DNA of 64,000 nucleotides from Pyrinomonadaceae bacterium (GCA_019186825.1 JABARP010000007.1:15813-79812); one strand, 5' to 3'; positions 27,090-36,483 are shown, counted from the stretch's first letter. The notes: generated from the letters alone by a model not told the origin. A program made the numbers and translations.

Positions 27090-27902
27090 CTAGACGTTAC
27101 ACGCTGCGACGTCAAAGTTCAATTCGTATTTTACTTCAGCAAGATTTTTCATCAACAGCTCTTCGCGGACGACGTTTCCGGTCGATCGGTCGATCACCTC
27201 ACGCCAGATCTCGTTTTCCCGCCAGGTCTTATCATTCTCGCGGAAAAACCGATGCTTTTTCTCCACGATATGATAGGTGTTCGGCGGTGCGATGTCCGAG
27301 AAGATATTGCCCCGAAGGTGATTTTCACCGACCTTTACACGCAGCTGGAAAGTGATATCAGTCGGGTTAAAGAACCTTAGGTCGTGGTAGTTATAAAAAA
27401 CGCCGCAGCCGCTGCCAAAAGGCAGCACGCGATTGTCGTCCGGGAACGGGTCAAAGCTGTGATGGTGCCTTTCAGCAACGATCATCGGTGTATGCAGCAC
27501 CATCCAATGCAGAAGGTTCGATAGCTGGCAAAGTCCACCGCCAACACCTCGCGAAACCTCGCCGCGGGAAAGCTGCATTCCCTCGAGGTAGCCTTTCTTG
27601 GCTGTTGTTCGGCCGACCTGCCGCCAAAGTGAGAATAGCTGGCCGGGTTTGATCAATATCCCGTCGATCGTCGGCGAAGCGATGCTCAGGTTTACGACCT
27701 TGTTCTCCTGGAGCTGCGGGTCGGAGCTCCCAAGAGTCCGGCGAAGGAGCGAGGAGTGTTTTGAGCACATCACCGGCAGATCATCGGCTTGGATCTTGCT
27801 CGCAAAATTCTTGCCCGGGGCCATGTCAGAGAGACGGCGAAACAGCCTTTTCTGCGCGACTCGAGTGTGATAGATGATGGGATGAATTTCAGATATTCGC
27901 AT
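27090..27902 (-). CDS. VanW-family protein
   Basis: VanW-domain signature GGGLCQLSNLLHW and surrounding conservation. The ATG lies directly after the birA stop (TAAATG). Confidence 0.75.
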   Translation of the reverse strand: MRISEIHPIIYHTRVAQKRLFRRLSDMAPGKNFASKIQADDLPVMCSKHSSLLRRTLGSSDPQLQENKVVNLSIASPTIDGILIKPGQLFSLWRQVGRTTAKKGYLEGMQLSRGEVSRGVGGGLCQLSNLLHWMVLHTPMIVAERHHHSFDPFPDDNRVLPFGSGCGVFYNYHDLRFFNPTDITFQLRVKVGENHLRGNIFSDIAPPNTYHIVEKKHRFFRENDKTWRENEIWREVIDRSTGNVVREELLMKNLAEVKYELNFDVAACNV

Positions 27903-28646
27903 TTAGAACTTTTCGGGCGTTCGAAGCCTTTCGACATCGCCCGCCTGAACAATAACGATCGAGTTGTCGGTGAGTTTAACACGCAATGCCCCGTTTTGTT
28001 CAAGTCCGTCGGTGATCCCCGCGATATCGCCCGTTGACGTCCTTACACGCACCTCTTTTCCCGAAAAGTATGTCGAACGCTGCTGCCATTCGCGGAGTAT
28101 CCTGTCCGGCTCGTCGGTCAGGACTGTGTAAAAATATGTGAGGTAACGCGTTAGGCATTCAGAGAATTCATCGGGTGAGATCTTCTTGCCCGTAATCTCT
28201 TCGAGCGAGGTCGCAATTTCGGCGAACTCATCCGCAACGCCCGCGCGTCTGAGGTTCACGCCGATCCCGAGGATGACGGCAAGGCCGGTGGGAGTTTCGA
28301 CCGCTTCGGCAAGTATGCCGCAGATCTTTTTCTCCGAGATCAGTAGGTCGTTGACCCACTTTATATCGGCCTTAGCTCCGAATTCCAGCAGCGTGTCGCA
28401 GACCGCAACGCCCGCCATCAGAGTGATCAGCGAAAGTGATGCCGCATCAAGAGCCGGACGCAATACTATGCTGAAATAAAGGCCCGCATCGGGAGCCGAG
28501 GCCCACACTCGTCCGTGCCGTCCGCGCCCTTTCGTCTGACTGCGTGCAATGACAACGAGGCCTTCTGCGGCCCCGCGTCGAGCCTGATCTGCGGCCTCGT
28601 CATTGGTCGAAGAAAGCGAATCGAATCGCAGGATAACTATGTTCAT
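27903..28646 (-). CDS. birA: Biotin--[acetyl-CoA-carboxylase] ligase
   Basis: QTKGRGRHGRVWAS, KWVNDLL and ICGILAE are present. The ATG at 28646 (MNIVILRFDSL) overlaps the egtD TGA in an ATGA junction. The ORF in the track extends to 28676. Confidence 0.88.
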   Translation of the reverse strand: MNIVILRFDSLSSTNDEAADQARRGAAEGLVVIARSQTKGRGRHGRVWASAPDAGLYFSIVLRPALDAASLSLITLMAGVAVCDTLLEFGAKADIKWVNDLLISEKKICGILAEAVETPTGLAVILGIGVNLRRAGVADEFAEIATSLEEITGKKISPDEFSECLTRYLTYFYTVLTDEPDRILREWQQRSTYFSGKEVRVRTSTGDIAGITDGLEQNGALRVKLTDNSIVIVQAGDVERLRTPEKF

Positions 28647-29617
28647 CGAGGTTCGCTCCGCCAAAGCGAATCGCAATAATATTCGCGGCTGTCGAAGAAG
28701 TTTTTCGCTATGCGAAATCCCGCCTCGCGTGCAAAATTCTCGATCACGGGAAGCGTATATTTCTGCGAGATCTCCATAAAGACCGGCTCCCAGCGATCAA
28801 ACTCGAACCTTTGTCCTGCAACCTCGACCGTCTGTTTCTGTCGGCTGATCAGGTATGAGCGAGCCGAACCCTCGATCGGGCGGTAATTCGCGTAGTGCAG
28901 AAAATTCTCTTTGACGAAGTTCCCGCCGAGTTCGCGATTTATCCTATCCAAAAGGTTCAGGTTGAATCTCGCCGTAACGCCTGCCGCGTCGTCGTAGGCT
29001 TGATGGATCACACGCGGATCCTTCTGCAGGTCGAATCCGATGAACAACAGATCGTCTTCGTTCATTACGGCCCTTAGCGAGGCAAGGAACTCTTTTGTGG
29101 CGTCCGCACTAAAATTTCCGATATTCGACCCGAGGAAGAGTATTATCTTTCGCCGATCGGCCGCCTTTTGCAGCGAATCGAGTATCGCAAAATAGTCGCC
29201 GACGTACGGCTCGATCGTAAGCTGCGGCAACTTCGTGCGAAAGTTCTCGGCAAGCTCATCGATCGCTTCTTTCGAGATGTCGATCGGCGAGTACTTTACG
29301 GACGCATCTCGTTCGAGAAGATGTTTGAGCAGAATGGCGGTCTTCGAACCGTCGCCCGCGCCAAGCTCGACGACGTCAATGTCGGTGCCCGCGGCGAGAA
29401 AACCGTCAACTATCGCGTCGGCCTGTTCCGTGAATATTTCCGTCTCGCAGCCCGTCAGATAGTACTCCGGCAGGGTCATTATCTCTTGAAAAAGACGCGA
29501 ACCCTGGTCATCGTAAAAATACCTTGAAGACAGCCGTTTTGGCGTCATCGAGAGCCCGGCGAGCACGTCCTGTTTGAAAGCGGAGTTGACTTCGCGTTTT
29601 GACGGCATAAGGAACAA
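28643..29617 (-). CDS. egtD: L-histidine N-alpha-methyltransferase (ergothioneine pathway)
   Basis: YFYDDQGSRLFQEIMTLPEYYLTGCETEIF, ELGAGDGSKT and FLGSNIGNF fit the EgtD family. The start is either the TTG at 29617 or the ATG at 29608. Confidence 0.85.
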   Translation of the reverse strand: MFLMPSKREVNSAFKQDVLAGLSMTPKRLSSRYFYDDQGSRLFQEIMTLPEYYLTGCETEIFTEQADAIVDGFLAAGTDIDVVELGAGDGSKTAILLKHLLERDASVKYSPIDISKEAIDELAENFRTKLPQLTIEPYVGDYFAILDSLQKAADRRKIILFLGSNIGNFSADATKEFLASLRAVMNEDDLLFIGFDLQKDPRVIHQAYDDAAGVTARFNLNLLDRINRELGGNFVKENFLHYANYRPIEGSARSYLISRQKQTVEVAGQRFEFDRWEPVFMEISQKYTLPVIENFAREAGFRIAKNFFDSREYYCDSLWRSEPR

Positions 29618-29647
29618 GCTAGACTGACAAGGCTCGCAGAAAGGCGC

Positions 29648-30841
29648 CTATTTCGCAAGCCTCAGACCCGAGAATTGCCAACGCATCTGCGGGTGGAAGA
29701 AATTCCGATACGTCGGCCGGCTGTGGCCCTCAGGCGTTGCGATTGATTCACCTCGGAGCGTCATCTGGTTGACCATGAACTTTCCGTTGTACTCACCGAC
29801 CGCATCAGGCGGTTTCGAAAAACCGGGATACGGCAGATAAGCGGACGCCGTCCATTCCCAACGCTGGCCCCACTCGAATTTTGACTGCGCGGCCTCCCAT
29901 TCGAACTCTGTCGGAAGACGCATTCCTGCCATCTCTGCATATGCGGCCGCCTCGTAAAATGAGACGTGCGAGACAGGAGCATCAGGCTCCAGGTCCTGTT
30001 TTCCCTGCAGGGTGAAATGCGACCAGCCGCCCAAATGTTTCTCCCAATAAAGCGGGGCAGTTATTTCGTTCGCCCGCACCCATTCCCAGCCCTCCGAGTG
30101 CCATAGTCGAAAATCATCGTAACCGCCCGCCTCGATGAACTCGGCGAATTCCGCGTTCGTTACGGCGCGGTCGGAGATCGAGAATTCGTCGAGATAGACC
30201 TTGTGCTTTGCAAGCTCGTTGTCAAAGCAAAAACCTTTGCCCTCAAACCCGATATCGTAGGTGCCGGCAGGGATCTTTATGAACTCGCCTTTACCGAGCG
30301 CCTTCTGGTCCTCGCGATCCCAATTCGGGTCGTAAACCGGGTCGAGCGGATTGAGCCCGAGGCAGTATTTCAGGTCTGTCAGCAAAAGCTCCTGGTGCTG
30401 CTGCTCGTGGTTGATCCCGAGGGCCGTAAGCTCTTCGATCTCAGTACGCTTTTCATTTGCCGAAACAACGCCCAGCAATTTCTGCATCGCGTCGTCCACG
30501 TGCTTGCGATATTCGTAGATCGTCTCGACCGTCGGACGGCTCAACGCACCGCGTTCGCTGCGGATCGTGCGGCTTCCGATAGAGTTGTAGTAGCTGTTGA
30601 AAAGAAATGAGTAGTGTTCGTTGAATCTCTCGTAGTCCTCGACGAATTTTGCGAGGACCATCTCCTCAAAGAACCACGTCGTGTGGGCAATATTCCATTT
30701 TGCGGGCGAGACGAATTCAACGGGCTGCGGTACGTAATCCTCGATCTCCAGCGGCTTGCAAAGCTCTACGGTTTGCTCACGGACTGCCGCGAATCTGGCC
30801 GCCAGGTCACTGGCCGTATCGCCCGAACCGATCGTATCCAT
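29648..30841 (-). CDS. egtB: EgtB-type sulfoxide synthase (DinB-like plus FGE-sulfatase domains)
   Basis: The DinB-like N-domain has iron ligands (NIAHTTWFFEE, GINHEQQHQELL). The C-terminal FGE-like domain contains GWEW, RLPTEFEWE and RGES. It lies adjacent to egtD. Confidence 0.85.
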   Translation of the reverse strand: MDTIGSGDTASDLAARFAAVREQTVELCKPLEIEDYVPQPVEFVSPAKWNIAHTTWFFEEMVLAKFVEDYERFNEHYSFLFNSYYNSIGSRTIRSERGALSRPTVETIYEYRKHVDDAMQKLLGVVSANEKRTEIEELTALGINHEQQHQELLLTDLKYCLGLNPLDPVYDPNWDREDQKALGKGEFIKIPAGTYDIGFEGKGFCFDNELAKHKVYLDEFSISDRAVTNAEFAEFIEAGGYDDFRLWHSEGWEWVRANEITAPLYWEKHLGGWSHFTLQGKQDLEPDAPVSHVSFYEAAAYAEMAGMRLPTEFEWEAAQSKFEWGQRWEWTASAYLPYPGFSKPPDAVGEYNGKFMVNQMTLRGESIATPEGHSRPTYRNFFHPQMRWQFSGLRLAK

Positions 30842-30899
30842 ACTTCCATTAAACCACTTGGCGGCGTTATATGGAATTTCTCGGCGATCTCAGCGACCG

Positions 30900-31103
30900 T
30901 TATGACGATAGCTTGAACGTCCGCCGGCGCATCGTTTCCCATTCACCGACTTGGCGAGCGCGTCGATTCTCCGGCATCTTTGCGAGGAAAGCGATAATGT
31001 CTTCATTCGGTCTTTGGGAGGTCGGGTCAGGATGAGCGTCGTTCAAGACGATCTTGCTCTCGTAATTGCGTTTGATCTCGGGGTTTGTTCGGTTGACCAT
31101 CAT
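30900..31103 (-). CDS. Small hypothetical protein (67 aa) upstream of egtB
   Basis: The ATG at 31103 is preceded by GGGAGGTG 6 nt upstream. The protein is MMVNRTNPEIKRNYESKIVLNDAHPDPTSQRPNEDIIAFLAKMPENRRARQVGEWETMRRRTFKLSS. I recognise no family. Confidence 0.5.
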   Translation of the reverse strand: MMVNRTNPEIKRNYESKIVLNDAHPDPTSQRPNEDIIAFLAKMPENRRARQVGEWETMRRRTFKLSS

Positions 31104-31391
31104 GCTTTTCACCTCCCGTTCTATGGGTACGAGGCAGACGGTCGAGCGACAAGGCAGCTTAAGTTGGCTTCGGCAGGGACCGTGTGCGTTGAATATTCAT
31201 TCTCATCAAGCCTAAAGGGTCTCTATAGAATATCACACCCGGACGCTCTTGCACCTAGAAAATTCATCGCGGTCGGTAAGCATTTGACCTCTGAAAATCG
31301 GGCCGAAGCCTCCGCAAATGCAACATTCTCAACGCCAAACTGAATTTTTCGCGAATTTCGGATACCATAGAATTTTTGACCTTTTTACCAG

Positions 31392-34019
31392 ATGGACGAT
31401 AAGTATTTCGCAAAGAAGATAGAGAAGAAATGGCAGGGAATTTGGGCTGCGTCGAAGGCATTCGAGGCGGAACCGGATCCGGAGAACACGCGGCCGAAGT
31501 TTTATTCGCTCGAGATGCTGCCGTATCCGTCGGGAAATCTTCATATGGGCCACGTCCGCAATTACTCGGCGGGCGATGCTTTGGCGTGGTACAAACGCCT
31601 GAAGGGCTTCAATGTTCTTCACCCGATCGGCTGGGATTCCTTCGGCCAGCCCGCAGAAGACGCAGCGGTAAAGCGCGGAGTTAACCCGCGAGATTGGACC
31701 GAGAAGAATATCGAGACGATGCGCGGCCAGCTCGAACGCCTCGGACTGAGCTACGATTGGCGCCGGCAGATCTACGCGCACCGTCCTGAGTATTACAAAT
31801 TTGACCAGTGGTTCTTCATCAAGATGTACGAGATGGGTCTTGCGTACAAGCGTATGACTCAGGTCAACTGGTGCGAGACCGATCAGGCGACGCTCTCAAA
31901 CGAACAGGCGAGCGGCGGCCTTTGCTGGCGTTGCGGAAATCCCGTCGTTAAGAAAGACCTCGAACAGTGGTTCTTGCGAACGACGGCCTACACGAGCGAA
32001 CTCCTCGAAGGAATGGCGTCGATCGAATCTGGCTGGCCGCAGAGTGTCCTAAAGCGGCAGCAGGATTGGATCGGCCGTTCGGACGGCGCGTTCGTGGATT
32101 TCGCAGTCAGCGGTTCGGATGCGAAGATCCGCGTATTTACGACACGCATCGACACGATCTTCGGCGCGAACGCCATTGTTGTTGCCGCTCAGCACGACAT
32201 CGTTGAACAGAATCGTGCGGCATTCTCGCCCGAGATCGTAAGCAAGATCGACGAGATCATTGCCGAGAGCCAAAAACCGACCGAACGCGACGAGGTGATC
32301 GCAAAAGACGGTATCGACACAGGCATCAAGGCCATCAATCCTTTCAGCGGCGAAGAATTGCCCGTTTGGGTCGGAAATTACGTAATGATGGATTACGGCA
32401 CAGGAGCCGTGATGAGCGTTCCCGGCCACGACGAACGCGATCACGAATTCGCAGTCCAATTCGGGTTGCCGATCGTCCAGGTCATCGCTCCGCTCGAAGA
32501 TGATGCGCCAACACTCGAACTTCCTTTCTGCGATTACGGCAAGCTCGTGAACTCTGCAGATTGGAGCGGAAAACCGAGCACCGATGCCAAACGCGAAATG
32601 GCTGCATTTGCTGCATCCAAAGGCTTTGGCGAACCGGCAACGACCTATCGGCTTCGTGATTGGGGTATTTCGCGGCAGCGATTCTGGGGTTCGCCGATCC
32701 CGATGATCTATTGCGACGATTGCGGCATCGTCCCCGAAAAATTCGAGAATCTGCCGGTGCTTCTTCCCGAAAATGCTCCGATCACCGGCACAGGTGAATC
32801 GCCGCTTGCGAAGGTACCCGAATTCTACGAAACGACGTGCCCGAATTGCGAAGGCTCGGCTCGCCGCGAGACCGATACGATGGACACGTTCGTCGATTCG
32901 TCCTGGTACTACTATCGCTACACGGATCCAACGAACGAGATAATGCCCTTCGATCCGTTTGCGGCGAATTATTGGGCACCGGTCGATCAATACATCGGCG
33001 GCGACGACCACGCCGTAATGCACCTGATCTACGCACGCTTTTGGACGAAGGCGATCCGCGATATGGGCCTCGTGCAGTTCGATGAGCCATTTACGCGGCT
33101 CCTGACGCAGGGAATGGTCGTCGGCGAAACGTTCTTTGACGATTCGAGCGGCAAACGCATCTACTTCCCACCGGATAAGGTAACGCTCGATCGTGACGCG
33201 AAAGGCCGCATTACGTCGGCAACGGCTACGGATACGTCCGCCGCTCTCAAGTTCGCCGTCGAAAGGATGTCAAAATCCAAAGGCAACGGCGTCGATCCGG
33301 ACGAAATGGTCGAGATCTACGGCGCCGATGCATCGCGTCTTTTTGTGATGTTCGCCGCTCCGATCGAGAACGAACTCGTCTGGAACGAAGCCGGTATCGA
33401 GGGCGCGTCACGCTTTCTTCAGCGGATCTGGCGGCAGACCCGCACATGGATCGACTTTCTCGATGTGACGGAGGCTCCTGCCGATACGGCGTCGGCAGAG
33501 GCCCGTGGACTTCGACGCAAAACGCACCAGACGATCAAGCGCGTCGGCGACAATTTCGAAACGCTGCAATTCAACACGCCGGTCGCCGCCCTGATGGAGC
33601 TTTCGAACGCCATCGGCGACGTAAAGACCGAGCCTGCAAACGCGGATGCCGATACACGCTTTGCCGTTCGCGAAGCCCTGACCGCTCTCGTCCTGATGCT
33701 CACGCCGTTCTCGCCGCACGTCGCCGAGGAGCTGTACTCGCACCTGACGGCGAGCGAGGCAGGCATACTTGCCTCCGGTGCAAGGTTCCCCGAATTCAAC
33801 GAAGAGCTTGCCCGCGAGGACGAGATCGAGATCGCCGTGCAGGTGAATGGCAAACTTCGCGGCCGCATTTTTGTCGCACCTGACACAGCCCGCGAGGACC
33901 TTGAAAAACTCGCGCTTGCCGACGCTCGAATTCAGGAATTTCTTAACGGCAGCGAGGTCAAAAAGGTGATCGTCGTCCCAAATCGCCTCGTCAACATCGT
34001 CGCCGCACCGAAAGCGTAG
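31392..34019 (+). CDS. leuS: Leucine--tRNA ligase
   Basis: 875 aa. The HIGH-type motif is PYPSGNLHMGH and the KMSKS motif is ERMSKSKGN. A CP1 editing insertion is present. Confidence 0.95.
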   Translation: MDDKYFAKKIEKKWQGIWAASKAFEAEPDPENTRPKFYSLEMLPYPSGNLHMGHVRNYSAGDALAWYKRLKGFNVLHPIGWDSFGQPAEDAAVKRGVNPRDWTEKNIETMRGQLERLGLSYDWRRQIYAHRPEYYKFDQWFFIKMYEMGLAYKRMTQVNWCETDQATLSNEQASGGLCWRCGNPVVKKDLEQWFLRTTAYTSELLEGMASIESGWPQSVLKRQQDWIGRSDGAFVDFAVSGSDAKIRVFTTRIDTIFGANAIVVAAQHDIVEQNRAAFSPEIVSKIDEIIAESQKPTERDEVIAKDGIDTGIKAINPFSGEELPVWVGNYVMMDYGTGAVMSVPGHDERDHEFAVQFGLPIVQVIAPLEDDAPTLELPFCDYGKLVNSADWSGKPSTDAKREMAAFAASKGFGEPATTYRLRDWGISRQRFWGSPIPMIYCDDCGIVPEKFENLPVLLPENAPITGTGESPLAKVPEFYETTCPNCEGSARRETDTMDTFVDSSWYYYRYTDPTNEIMPFDPFAANYWAPVDQYIGGDDHAVMHLIYARFWTKAIRDMGLVQFDEPFTRLLTQGMVVGETFFDDSSGKRIYFPPDKVTLDRDAKGRITSATATDTSAALKFAVERMSKSKGNGVDPDEMVEIYGADASRLFVMFAAPIENELVWNEAGIEGASRFLQRIWRQTRTWIDFLDVTEAPADTASAEARGLRRKTHQTIKRVGDNFETLQFNTPVAALMELSNAIGDVKTEPANADADTRFAVREALTALVLMLTPFSPHVAEELYSHLTASEAGILASGARFPEFNEELAREDEIEIAVQVNGKLRGRIFVAPDTAREDLEKLALADARIQEFLNGSEVKKVIVVPNRLVNIVAAPKA

Positions 34020-34125
34020 CCGGCAATGTCCCTAGCCCGATCGTGTCAGTAGCCCGCCGTGTAAGTAGCCGGCCCGAGAGTAAGGGCTCTACACGACCTA
34101 TCACTCTCCGTAGCAACGCGAAGAT

Positions 34126-34460
34126 GCTGCCCTCTTCTTCGCGTCCTTTGCGGGCCCCACTTTGCGGCCTTTGCGTTTCTGCTTATCCAAGCCGCAACAT
34201 CTTGTCCTTTCACTTTCCGCATTGGCTTTCACGCAAAGAACGCAAAGATATTCGCCAAGATCGCAAAGACGCTGCCGCGAGATTCTTTCCCTTTGTGTCC
34301 TTTGCGGGCTTCACTTCGCGAACTTTGCGGGCCTCACTTTGCGAACTCTGCGTTTCCTGCCAAACAGAGCTACATCGTCTCTCTCTGGCATTTTTCACGT
34401 TGATTCAAACGCAAAGAACGCAAAGGTCATCACGAAGATCACAAAGACGCTGCCGCGGAA
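34126..34460. repeat. Two tandem ~175-bp palindromic units built from CTTTGCG / CGCAAAG heptamers
   Basis: Unit A has a left arm at 34141-34180 (gcgtcctttgcgggccccactttgcggcctttgcgtttct) and a right arm at 34231-34272 (acgcaaagaacgcaaagatattcgccaagatcgcaaagacgc). Unit B has a left arm at 34297-34357 and a right arm at 34408-34450. Both units end in GACGCTGCCGCG. The arms within a unit are imperfect reverse complements. Confidence 0.8.
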
Positions 34461-34532
34461 AGTGCAAAATAAATTGTCAAACATCAACCAACCACAGGAA
34501 GAATATCCGACCGTATCAACCATTTGAACCCC

Positions 34533-34600
34533 AAAATGCACAGATCGTATGAAAATGCACAGAATGCACGAATTGATACAAAATGCACAAAACGCACGAG
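34533..34600 (+). repeat. Second AATGCAC-type octamer array
   Basis: aaaatgcacag atcgtatga aaatgcacag aatgcacg aattgatacaa aatgcacaa aacgcacgag. The 26-mer at 34563-34588 matches 12307-12332 at 25 of 26 positions. Confidence 0.8.
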
Positions 34601-34697
34601 TATCCGTAACGTCCTTGGGCGGACGACCCTGACTGCTTCGTAACTTTTGAAAAGTTTTGTATTCTAACTATTTGAGTATCTGCTGGACGAAATTCAT

Positions 34698-36434
34698 ATG
34701 AGCGTTGAAGTCATAATGCCCCAAATGGGCGAATCGATCACCGAAGGCACCGTTTCTCGCTGGCTCAAGAATGTCGGCGACAAGATCGAGAAGGACGAGC
34801 CGATCCTTGAGATCTCGACCGATAAGGTCGATGCCGAGGTCCCGAGCCCCGCAGCCGGTGTTTTGCTAGCGATCAATGTACCTGAGGGCGAAACGGTCGA
34901 GGTTGGTACAGCTCTCGCTGTTGTCGGGCAGGCTGGCGAAGACGCTGCTTCCGCGCCAAGCGTTGCCCCTGAGACGGCAAAGGCACCCGAGCCGGCACCT
35001 GTTGTCGAAAAAGCAGCGGAAGAACCCGTGGCTCCGGCACCGGCGGTCTCGGCCCCTTCAGGCGGTGGTTCATCGGTCGAGGTCGTAATGCCGCAGATGG
35101 GCGAATCGATCACGGAAGGTACTGTATCTAAATGGCTTAAGGCTGTTGGCGATTCCGTCGAAAAGGACGAGGCTCTGCTCGAGATCTCGACCGACAAGGT
35201 CGATGCGGAAGTTCCTTCTCCGGTGGCGGGCAAGGTATTGGCAATCAACGTTCAAGAGGGTGAGACGGTCGAGGTCGGTTCGGTGCTCGCGACTGTCGGG
35301 AGTTCGTCAGCTGCTCCGGCGTCCGCTCCCGAACCTGCTCCAAAGGCAGAGACAAAGGCACCGGACGCTCCTGCAGCACCTGCAGTGGCACCTGTTGCTA
35401 CCCCGAAACCGGTTGCACCTGTTGCTGCAGCTGCGACCGCTGGTGGCGGCTCGGTCGATGAACTCCGGCGTGCGAAATCGAGCCCGCTTGTGCGCAATAT
35501 CGCCAAAGAGCACGGTATCGATATCACGCGGATCCCGGGCAGCGGAATCAGCGGCCGTGTTACAAAGAACGATATTCTGAGCTTCCTCGAAACCGGTGCG
35601 GCACTTCACCCGGACGATCTGCTTGTAAAGGGAGCACCGGCTTTTCCGTCGAGACAGGCGGTTTCGGCTCCAAAAACATCGGTTCCGACCACGGCGCCGA
35701 CCTTTACGCCGACTTCAGCACCGATCTCGATGGACGACCGTGTCGAAAAAATGTCGGTGATGCGGAAGAAGATCGCCGAACATATGACGTTCTCAAAGCA
35801 GACCTCGGCTCACGTTACGAGCGTTTACGAGATCGATATGACGAACGTCGCAAAATTCCGCAAGGCGCATCAGGCGGAATTTCAGGCGAAATACGGCACG
35901 AAACTCACGTTCATGCCGTTCATCTTCGAGGCGGTCGTTGCTGCGATACGCGAGCATCGCATCGTAAACTCGCAGGTCAGAGGCGATGAGATCGTCTATA
36001 AGGGCGATATCAATCTCGGGATGGCAGTTGCCCTCGATTGGGGCCTTATCGTGCCTGTGATAAAGGGTGCGGGCAATCTTTCGCTTGCCGAATTGGCTGT
36101 TACGGCGAACGATCTTGCCGATCGTGCGCGAACAAAGAAACTTAACCCGGACGAGGTTCAGGGCGGGACATTCACCATCACGAATCCGGGCGTTTTCGGC
36201 GGGCTTTTCGGCACGCCGATCATCAATCAGCCGCAGGTTGCGATACTTTGTGTCGGAACCATCGAAAAACGCACAAAAGTAATGACATCGGCGGATGGCG
36301 AAGATTTTATCGCTATACGTAATATGGCATACTTTGCGCTCACCTATGACCATCGTATCGTAGATGGTGCCGACGCAGAGAAGTTTCTCTCCTACCTGAA
36401 GAACTATCTCGAAAACGCCGAGTTTTCTATATAG
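34698..36434 (+). CDS. 2-oxoacid dehydrogenase E2 component (dihydrolipoamide acyltransferase) with two lipoyl domains
   Basis: Two lipoyl domains are present (MPQMGESITEGTVS.WLK...EISTDKVDAEVPSP.AG occurs twice). They are followed by Ala/Pro linkers, an E3-binding domain (SPLVRNIAKEHGIDITRIPGSG) and a catalytic domain with DHRIVDGA. No E1 or E3 gene is adjacent. Confidence 0.88.
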   Translation: MSVEVIMPQMGESITEGTVSRWLKNVGDKIEKDEPILEISTDKVDAEVPSPAAGVLLAINVPEGETVEVGTALAVVGQAGEDAASAPSVAPETAKAPEPAPVVEKAAEEPVAPAPAVSAPSGGGSSVEVVMPQMGESITEGTVSKWLKAVGDSVEKDEALLEISTDKVDAEVPSPVAGKVLAINVQEGETVEVGSVLATVGSSSAAPASAPEPAPKAETKAPDAPAAPAVAPVATPKPVAPVAAAATAGGGSVDELRRAKSSPLVRNIAKEHGIDITRIPGSGISGRVTKNDILSFLETGAALHPDDLLVKGAPAFPSRQAVSAPKTSVPTTAPTFTPTSAPISMDDRVEKMSVMRKKIAEHMTFSKQTSAHVTSVYEIDMTNVAKFRKAHQAEFQAKYGTKLTFMPFIFEAVVAAIREHRIVNSQVRGDEIVYKGDINLGMAVALDWGLIVPVIKGAGNLSLAELAVTANDLADRARTKKLNPDEVQGGTFTITNPGVFGGLFGTPIINQPQVAILCVGTIEKRTKVMTSADGEDFIAIRNMAYFALTYDHRIVDGADAEKFLSYLKNYLENAEFSI

Positions 36435-36453
36435 GGATCCTGGGAAAAAAGGG

Positions 36454-36483
36454 TTGAGTCGGTCAAAAAATTAGTGGTATATT
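36454..36483 (+). promoter_or_regulatory. Candidate sigma70-type promoter for the OmpA-family gene
   Basis: TTGAGT (36454-36459), an 18-nt spacer, then TATATT (36478-36483). This is a motif match only. Confidence 0.35.

Noticed and set aside
31113-31391. A possible T-box leader upstream of leuS, considered together with the repeat link between leuS and tRNA-Leu.
   Set aside because: I found no T-box 14-mer (GGGTGGTACCGCG-like), no AGAGA or GNUGGNA elements and no terminator/antiterminator pair in the 279-bp leader. T-boxes are also mainly found in Firmicutes-type genomes.
34043-34552. ORFs 34043..34552 (169 aa), 34162..34527 (121 aa) and 34210..34398 lie in the leuS-E2 intergenic region.
   Set aside because: Their sequences are low-complexity translations of the CTTTGCG/CGCAAAG palindromic repeats (e.g. 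LCGLCVSAYP, SLCELCVSC). They have no ribosome-binding site, and ORFs are open on both strands, as expected for a palindromic repeat.
34698-35300. A DNA-level duplication at the start of the E2 gene.
   Set aside because: It is the normal tandem arrangement of two lipoyl domains in E2 proteins and is not an anomaly.
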